The notes under the pieces: generated by a model
What the model saw: the letters and a program-made list of their open reading frames with translations, nothing else
Told to the model about the DNA's origin: nothing
Databases searched by the model: none
Part shown: piece by piece, positions 58,614 to 64,000 of the stretch
Numbering within the stretch: the stretch's first letter is position 1
How the letters are laid out: every line of letters starts with the position of its first letter
Translations under genes and position numbers: made by a program
NCBI GenBank assembly: GCA_963811215.1
Contig: CAWEQK010000002.1
Span: forward strand, 117,891 to 181,890
Source of the DNA: an uncultured Actinomycetota bacterium
GTDB taxonomy: Bacteria; Actinomycetota; Actinomycetes; Propionibacteriales; Nocardioidaceae
Reading direction: 5' to 3'
Length of the DNA stretch: 64,000 bases

Positions 58614-59276
58614 TCAGACCTCGGGCAGGCGCAGGGCAGCGACCACGTCGGCGTACATGCGCTGCTTGATGGTGCCCAGCGTGGTGCGGTCCTTGCCGGC
58701 GAGGTGCTGCACCCGCGCGGCGGCCGCCTGCGGCAGGGCCTCGAGGCTCGCGGTGGCGTCGACGATCCCGGCCGCGAGCGCCTCGTCGGCGGGGAAGCGG
58801 TGCCCGGTCGTCATCGAGTCGACCGCGGCGCGGGGGCTGAGCTTCGACATGACCAGGGCGTTCATGCCGGGGCTGAAGGGGATCTGGATGTCGACCTCGG
58901 GCAGGCAGACGTAGCCGCGGTCCTCGCGCATCACCCGGTGGTCGTGGGCCAGCGCCAGCATCGCGCCGGCCCCGAAGGCGTGGCCGTTGACAGCGGCCAC
59001 GGTCGGCACCGGCAGGGTCAGCACCCGCTCGAAGAGCTGCTGCACGCGCGCGACGTACTCACCCAGGCACTCGGGATGGGCGCCGAGCCACTCCAGGTCC
59101 AGGCCGTTGGAGTAGAACCTGCCCCCGCCGGTGGTGACCAGCGCGGCCGGCTCGCTCGAGGAGGCCAGGTCGGCCAGGAAGCCGTCCGCCTCGTCGAGGA
59201 AGACGGGGGTGAAGCGGTTCTCGTCGTCGCCCAGGTGCAGCGTCCACAGCGCACCGTCCTGGCTCATCGTCGGCAT
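58614..59276 (-). CDS. Enoyl-CoA hydratase/isomerase family (delta3,delta2-isomerase-like)
   Basis: ENRF, FYSNGLDL, PTVAAVNGHAFGAG, CLPEVDI. SD GAGGAG. Confidence 0.9.
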   Translation of the reverse strand: MPTMSQDGALWTLHLGDDENRFTPVFLDEADGFLADLASSSEPAALVTTGGGRFYSNGLDLEWLGAHPECLGEYVARVQQLFERVLTLPVPTVAAVNGHAFGAGAMLALAHDHRVMREDRGYVCLPEVDIQIPFSPGMNALVMSKLSPRAAVDSMTTGHRFPADEALAAGIVDATASLEALPQAAAARVQHLAGKDRTTLGTIKQRMYADVVAALRLPEV

Positions 59277-59454
59277 CGGCGCTCCTCTCGTCGCTGGCTC
59301 ATCAGAGCACACGCGGCGTGTGCCCGGACCCGGGGCACGTGCGGGTGTGCTGGCGGCGCGCCCGGCTCGGAACAATCGAGGGCGGGCCCGTGGTTGGGCC
59401 TTGTGTCGGGTCGCGGGACCGCGGCCCGTCCCCCACGATCGTCGAGGAGGACGC

Positions 59455-60111
59455 ATGACGCGCATCATCATCATCGGAGGACACGGCAAGGTGGCCCGCA
59501 AGGCGACGCCGCTGCTGGTCGAGGACGGTCACGAGGTCACGTCGGTGATCCGCGACCCCGACCAGTCCAAGGACATCACCAAGCTGGGCGCCGAGCCGAC
59601 GGTCGCCGACGTCGCCTCGATGCAGAAGAACGAGATCGAGGAGCTGCTGCGCGGCCACGACATGGTCGTCTGGGCCGCGGGCGCCGGCGGCGGCTCTCCC
59701 GAGAAGACCTACGCGGTCGACCGCGACGCGGCGATCCGCTCGATGGACGCCGCCGCCGCAGCGGGCGCCGAGCGTTACGTGATGGTGTCGTACTTCGGCG
59801 CCGGGCCCGACCACGGCGTCCCGCCCGACAACGACTTCTACGCCTACGCCGAGGCCAAGACCCAGGCCGACGCCCACCTCGAGGAGTCGGCCCTGAAGTG
59901 GACGATCCTGCAGCCCAGCGGCCTCACCGAGGGCCCGACCACCGGCAGGATCGACGTCCACGCCAACGACGCCGGCCAGGCATCGCGCGGCAACGTGGCC
60001 GAGGTGATCCGTGCCGTCGCGAGCGCCGACCCGTCCGCGGTGGCGGGGCTGAAGATCCCGTTCAACGACGGTGACTCCCCCATCGAGGAGGCCCTGCGCC
60101 ACGTTCGCTGA
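59455..60111 (+). CDS. NAD(P)H-binding atypical SDR oxidoreductase
   Basis: IIGGHGKVA, WAAGAGGG, AVDRDAA, YAEAK, WTILQP. SD GAGGAGG. Confidence 0.9.
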   Translation: MTRIIIIGGHGKVARKATPLLVEDGHEVTSVIRDPDQSKDITKLGAEPTVADVASMQKNEIEELLRGHDMVVWAAGAGGGSPEKTYAVDRDAAIRSMDAAAAAGAERYVMVSYFGAGPDHGVPPDNDFYAYAEAKTQADAHLEESALKWTILQPSGLTEGPTTGRIDVHANDAGQASRGNVAEVIRAVASADPSAVAGLKIPFNDGDSPIEEALRHVR

Positions 60112-60117
60112 GCGGGG

Positions 60118-60294
60118 CTACCGCTTGTCGCGCCAGGAGAGGACGGCGCGCCACAGCCGCAACGCCCACGAGAGGTCGCCCCCGCCGCGCAGCGACGAGG
60201 TGCCCAGGAACGAGCCCTGCACCGAGCTGCGCGCGCGGGCGCGTCCCTCGAACTCCTCGTTGGACTGACCCGGGCGTCGGTTCTCGGGGCTCAT
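60118..60294 (-). CDS. Small protein, 58 aa (not in the ORF track)
   Basis: MSPENRRPGQSNEEFEGRARARSSVQGSFLGTSSLRGGGDLSWALRLWRAVLSWRDKR. ATGA overlap with the cyclase stop, SD GAGGAG. Confidence 0.5.
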   Translation of the reverse strand: MSPENRRPGQSNEEFEGRARARSSVQGSFLGTSSLRGGGDLSWALRLWRAVLSWRDKR

Positions 60295-61061
60295 CGGGTC
60301 TCCTCACGCTCGACGATCGCGAACACACGCGCGGGGAAGCCCGACCCCTCGCGCGGCTTGGGCCAGGTCGCCACCACCAGGGCGCCGGTGGCCGGCACCC
60401 GGTCGAGGTCTGCGAGCAGCTCGACCTGCCACTTGTCGGCGGCCAGGATGTAGGTCTCGGCGGGGGCGGAGCCACCGGCGACCACGGCGCCGGGGTCGGT
60501 GTCGGTGGTGTCGTGGCCGACGGCAGCGACCTCGCGCTCCTCGACGAGGAAGCGCAGCGCGTCGACCCCCCAGCCGGGGTAGTGAGCGACCCCGTCGGCG
60601 TCGCGGTTGGCCATCGCCTCGCCGTCGGGCCACCGGGTGGCCCACCCGGTCAGCAGGGCCACGAACGACCCCGGGCCGATGCGCCCGTGCTGCTGCTCGT
60701 GGGCCTCGATGTCGGCCGGGGTGACGAGGTGGTCGACGTCGGCGGCCACCTGCGCGCGTACGTCGACGACGACCAGCGGCAGGATCATCTCGGTGACCGG
60801 CAGCTCGTCGAGGGTGCGTCCCCCGCGGGCGAAGTGCGCCGGCGGGTCGACGTGGGTGCCCCACTGGCCGATGTGGGTGTAGCGGTGGGCCAGGAAGCCG
60901 GTGCCCACCGACCCGACCCCCTCGTCGAAGTGGAAGAGCGTCTCGCGCTCCTCGTCGGGGAAGGCGAAGTAGTGCGGGATGCCCGGCCCGAACGCGTGGG
61001 TCAGGTCGATCCACTCGCAGGCTCGCAGGCGGGTCAGGACGTCGAGCAGCGAGTCGGCCAT
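60291..61061 (-). CDS. Cyclase family (kynurenine formamidase-like) metal-dependent hydrolase
   Basis: WIDLTH, GQWGTHVDPPAHF, HYPGW, VGHDTTDTD, GSGFPARVFA. TAGCAT lies 7 nt before the ATG. Confidence 0.9.
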   Translation of the reverse strand: MADSLLDVLTRLRACEWIDLTHAFGPGIPHYFAFPDEERETLFHFDEGVGSVGTGFLAHRYTHIGQWGTHVDPPAHFARGGRTLDELPVTEMILPLVVVDVRAQVAADVDHLVTPADIEAHEQQHGRIGPGSFVALLTGWATRWPDGEAMANRDADGVAHYPGWGVDALRFLVEEREVAAVGHDTTDTDPGAVVAGGSAPAETYILAADKWQVELLADLDRVPATGALVVATWPKPREGSGFPARVFAIVEREETR

Positions 61062-61086
61062 GTCGCGGATGCTAGCCGCGCCCGCG

Positions 61087-61554
61087 TCAGCTCGCCTCGA
61101 ACCTGATGCTGCCGCCGGCCGCCCGGTCGCACTCGTAGACGACGCTGGGCAGCTGGCCGACGGTGCCGCCGGGCTCGCACCGGAAGCCGGGGCCCGACCG
61201 GTAGGCCTCGCCGCCGGCCTCCTCCGCGCCGCGGGCCACCTGGCGTGCGACGTCGCACCCGACCCCGCGCGCGGTGATGTCGAAGGCACCGGCGTCGGTG
61301 TTCGGCTCGAAGGCGACGTCACCGCAGTCGCGGGAGGTCCCGCCGCCGGTGTCCGGGGTCTCGGTGACCGTCGCCGTCGCCGTCGCCGTCGCGGTGACGG
61401 TGGCCGTCGCCGTGGCGGTGGCCGTCACGGTCGTGGTCGGGGCGGGAGCGGTGTCCGGATCCTCCTCGCTCGCACACCCGGCGGCGGCCACGAGCGTGGC
61501 CGCCGGCAGCGCCAGGAGCCTGGTGGCGGGACGGGTCGTCGATGTCGGGAGCAT
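61087..61554 (-). CDS. Lipoprotein with Thr/Ala-rich linker and Cys-rich domain
   Basis: Lipobox AAGC; TVTATATATA x2; four Cys in the mature domain. SD GGAGG. Confidence 0.75.
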   Translation of the reverse strand: MLPTSTTRPATRLLALPAATLVAAAGCASEEDPDTAPAPTTTVTATATATATVTATATATATVTETPDTGGGTSRDCGDVAFEPNTDAGAFDITARGVGCDVARQVARGAEEAGGEAYRSGPGFRCEPGGTVGQLPSVVYECDRAAGGSIRFEAS

Positions 61555-61674
61555 GCTCACCTCCAGTCGTCGACGTCGTACGCCCCACGGTGCCGCAGTC
61601 CGGTGGGCCTGCTCAACCCCGCTCACCCGCCCTGACGAACCTCACCGCGACACGCCGTGCCTGCGTGCGGGTCG

Positions 61675-62490
61675 TCAGGACCGTGGTCGCACCCGCACCT
61701 TCTGGCCGGCCTCGATGTCCACCCGCCCCTTGGCCGGCCAGCCGTTCCAGCGACGGATCCTGGCGCCGGGCCGGTCGAACCAGCGGGAGACCCGGGCGAT
61801 CGTCTCGCCCTCCTGGGCGCGGTAGATGCCGCGGTGGTTCGCGACGGGGCGGCGCAGCGGGGTCGGGCAGGGCGAGAGCGTGGGCTCGGTCCAGGCGGGG
61901 GCGAGCTCGCCGACCCACCTCGCGCAGGGCCCGTGGTCGAGGGCGCGCGGCGAGCCGGTCCACCACGAGGTGCGCTTGGTGGCGCCGTTCCAGGTGAAGG
62001 ACAGGTGGATGTGGTCGGTGTGCGGGTCCTCGCCGCCGTAGGGCTGCCACCCGGCGGCGGCGTCGTACCCGCGCCAGATCCTGCGGTTCCAGATCATGTA
62101 CATCACGCCGAGGCGCCGGGCGCGTGCCGCCGCCTCGCCCTTGATGCCGCGGGTCAGCCACGTGGTCGCGCGTCGGGCGATGCGCCGGTCCTCGGCCTTC
62201 GAGGCGCGCAGCGACCAGTCCCAGGCCCGCCCCTCCTTGTGCTCCGAGAGCCCGCCGCTGCTGCAGGCCCGCGTGATCCCACCGCTGCCGCCCCCGAACT
62301 TGGCCAGCAGCAGCCGGCGCGCCGCCAGCACCCCGGGCTTGGCGACCGGGTCGCACGAGACCTGCCCCTGGTACGTCGGGAAGGCGTCGACCTCCTTGGC
62401 GTGCGCGGAGGGCGCGGCGAGCAGCACCGAGCTCGCGAGAGCGGCGGCGAGGACGAGCGCGAGTGGGCGCGCCGGACTGACGAGGGGCAT
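61675..62490 (-). CDS. Secreted putative peptidoglycan metallopeptidase (LAS/M15-like) with C-terminal LysM
   Basis: Signal peptide ending AHA; SEHKEGRAWD (H-x6-D) and HTDHIHLSF (HxH); LysM-like YRAQEGETIARVSRWF...IRRWN...IEAGQKVRV. Confidence 0.8.
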   Translation of the reverse strand: MPLVSPARPLALVLAAALASSVLLAAPSAHAKEVDAFPTYQGQVSCDPVAKPGVLAARRLLLAKFGGGSGGITRACSSGGLSEHKEGRAWDWSLRASKAEDRRIARRATTWLTRGIKGEAAARARRLGVMYMIWNRRIWRGYDAAAGWQPYGGEDPHTDHIHLSFTWNGATKRTSWWTGSPRALDHGPCARWVGELAPAWTEPTLSPCPTPLRRPVANHRGIYRAQEGETIARVSRWFDRPGARIRRWNGWPAKGRVDIEAGQKVRVRPRS

Positions 62491-62691
62491 GGGGGTGCTC
62501 CGGGGGGTGAGCGACAGGGGGGCGAACGCCCCTGAGAGTATCCGCGTTCGGTCCGCGGGAGTGTGGAGTCGCGGATGAACGTGGTGGATCACGCCCGCGC
62601 AGAGCGACATGATCGGGCGCTTCGCCCCGGCGGCGGCGTAGTTGGGCACTTCCGCGGTCTCTTCAACTTGCGACAGCCGCTGGAACTCGAT

Positions 62692-62727
62692 GGAACCGAA
62701 TGGCCCTACTGGGGCATCTTTACCAAT
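62692..62727 (+). promoter_or_regulatory. Candidate autoregulatory ECF promoter (GGAACC ... GCATCT) for the SigE-family gene
   Basis: AAC-type -35 and CATCT -10 shortly before GTG 62728. Confidence 0.4.
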
Positions 62728-63261
62728 GTGACACCTGAGGAGACCGCCGACTTCGAGGCGTTCATGGCTGCTCGCTGGCCGGGCCTGGTGCGTGCAGCGG
62801 TGTTGATGGGGGCGGACCTCCATGCTGCTGAGGACCTCGCCCAGGCGGCGTTGGTGGACTGTCACCGTCGTTGGAGTCGCGTGCAGCTCGCCCAGGACTC
62901 CACGGCGTACGTGCACCGCATCCTGATCAACAGGATGCGTGCGAGCCGCCGTCGCCGGTGGAGCTACGAGGTGCCGACCGACCCCACGACCCAGCAAGGG
63001 CTGCAGGCGGCGCCGTGCGCGGGCGGTGACGTCGCAGAGTCCGTGTCTGTCTCTCACGGGGTCCGCGAAGCGCTGGTTGGGTTGCCGCTCATTCAGCGTC
63101 AGGTGGTCGTGCTGCGCCACTTCTGCGACCTCTCGGAGCAGCAGACCGCTGATGTTCTCGACGTCGCCCCGGGCACGGTCAAGAGCCGGCTGTCGAGGGC
63201 CATGACCGCACTGGCCGCCGACCCCCGCTTGATCCCGCTACGAACGGACGCAGAGCGATGA
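62728..63261 (+). CDS. SigE-family (ECF39-like) RNA polymerase sigma factor
   Basis: FEAFMAARWPGLVRAA, AAEDLAQAAL, AYVHRILIN, QRQVVVLRHFCDLSEQQTADVL..GTVKSRLSRA. Confidence 0.92.
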   Translation: MTPEETADFEAFMAARWPGLVRAAVLMGADLHAAEDLAQAALVDCHRRWSRVQLAQDSTAYVHRILINRMRASRRRRWSYEVPTDPTTQQGLQAAPCAGGDVAESVSVSHGVREALVGLPLIQRQVVVLRHFCDLSEQQTADVLDVAPGTVKSRLSRAMTALAADPRLIPLRTDAER

Positions 63262-64000
63262 GCAACAACCTGACCGAGCTGGTCGCCCGTGCAGGCGATG
63301 ACATCCCCGTCGCCGCCCCACCGGTCGACCGCGTCCTCGCCGAATCCCGTCGCCGACGACGCCGGACACGCATCTGCCTAGGAGCAGCCGTCGCCGGGCT
63401 CGGCGTGGCCACGGTCGCGTCGGCGTTCCTCATCGGGGCCAGCGTCGACGACACGGCACTGGACCCCGCTGCAGGCCCCCGCCAGCACCAGGACGCCACC
63501 ACCCCGTTCGCACCCGAAGCCAGCAAGAGGCTGGACCCAAGCCTTCGCACGGAGCCGGAGGTCGACGGTGGATGGATGAGCGAGGGTTGGGACGGGGAGA
63601 CGTCGCCGGCCGGCACGTTCCCCGTCGTCGCCGACAACGGCGCCCAGGGGTACGTGTCCGTCGCCGACATGAGCGACAGCGACTACCACTGCTCGACCCG
63701 GCCTGCATGTGACCGCTTGGTCGACGACCTCACCGCGGCCGGCTACCTGTCCTCGACCGGCGCCCTGACCGTTCCCGTCTACGACACCGACGGCACCCGC
63801 GTCGGGGTCCTGACCCGCGGGGTCGTCTACCGACCCGGCGAACCACTCGGCAAGCGCAAGAACCCGGCCGAGGGGTACCCCCTCAACGACAACGGCCAGA
63901 CCTACGGCGCCAACACTGGCACCCGCGAGCCCGACCTGGTGGCCACGGGCGGCGACCACGGCCTGCGGGGCTACACGCTCACCGCCGAGCAGTCTCCGGC
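63258..64000 (+). CDS. Putative membrane-anchored anti-sigma factor (partial, runs off the right edge)
   Basis: Not in the ORF track. ATGA overlap with the sigma gene; MSNNLTELVARAGDDIP...RRRRRR, a TM helix, then an extracytoplasmic region containing VPVYDTDG and YPLNDNGQTYG...PDLV. Confidence 0.78.
   Translation, partial: MSNNLTELVARAGDDIPVAAPPVDRVLAESRRRRRRTRICLGAAVAGLGVATVASAFLIGASVDDTALDPAAGPRQHQDATTPFAPEASKRLDPSLRTEPEVDGGWMSEGWDGETSPAGTFPVVADNGAQGYVSVADMSDSDYHCSTRPACDRLVDDLTAAGYLSSTGALTVPVYDTDGTRVGVLTRGVVYRPGEPLGKRKNPAEGYPLNDNGQTYGANTGTREPDLVATGGDHGLRGYTLTAEQSP

Noticed and set aside
62491-62700. c-di-AMP (ydaO) riboswitch upstream of the LysM peptidase
   Set aside because: Expected conserved segments such as GGAACCGGGG, GGGTGAA and CCCGAACCCGACAGCTAA are not visible on the minus strand.
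1-64000. tRNA, rRNA, IS/transposase, integrase, prophage or recognisable anti-phage defence genes
   Set aside because: No matching motifs or structures seen. Nearly all sequence is accounted for by the listed genes.

Overview
Very high-GC actinobacterial chromosomal segment; gene content and intergenic repeat style suggest Nocardioides or a relative (inference). It holds about 63 mostly metabolic, transport and regulatory genes. I saw no rRNA, tRNA, CRISPR array, transposase or phage gene. Main contents, left to right: the edge of a glycosyltransferase/sulfotransferase locus; a GH1 glycosidase; an Rv2249c-Rv2252-like cluster (glpD, TetR, alkyl-DHAP-synthase-like FAD oxidase, lipid kinase); sigG; gabD; a PBP; deaD; a probable second-copy glmS; zwf; a two-ATPase/two-FtsX ABC system; cstA; a DrrAB-like exporter; a Kef-type antiporter; an iodotyrosine-deiodinase-like nitroreductase; a RelZ-like DUF429-(p)ppGpp synthetase fusion; a RimK(+RCK_C)/RimB/M14-peptidase module; glutaminase-STAS; and a SigE-family sigma/anti-sigma pair at the right edge. 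Four blocks (about 5-6.3, 19.4-23.8, 36-40.1 and 48.5-52.3 kb) carry dense single-base frameshifts that look like sequencing or assembly errors. Best new leads: (1) a RimK-RCK_C glutamylation module next to RelZ, a Kef-type antiporter and glutaminase; (2) an unannotated promoter-terminator unit (candidate sRNA) at about 16.8 kb; (3) a SigG-type promoter shared by sigG and the distant DrrAB-like exporter; (4) three small ORFs not resolved in the ORF track; (5) a dispersed intergenic repeat family with 22-nt period; (6) pervasive leaderless gene starts. All functional calls come from motif recognition by eye; no searches were run.
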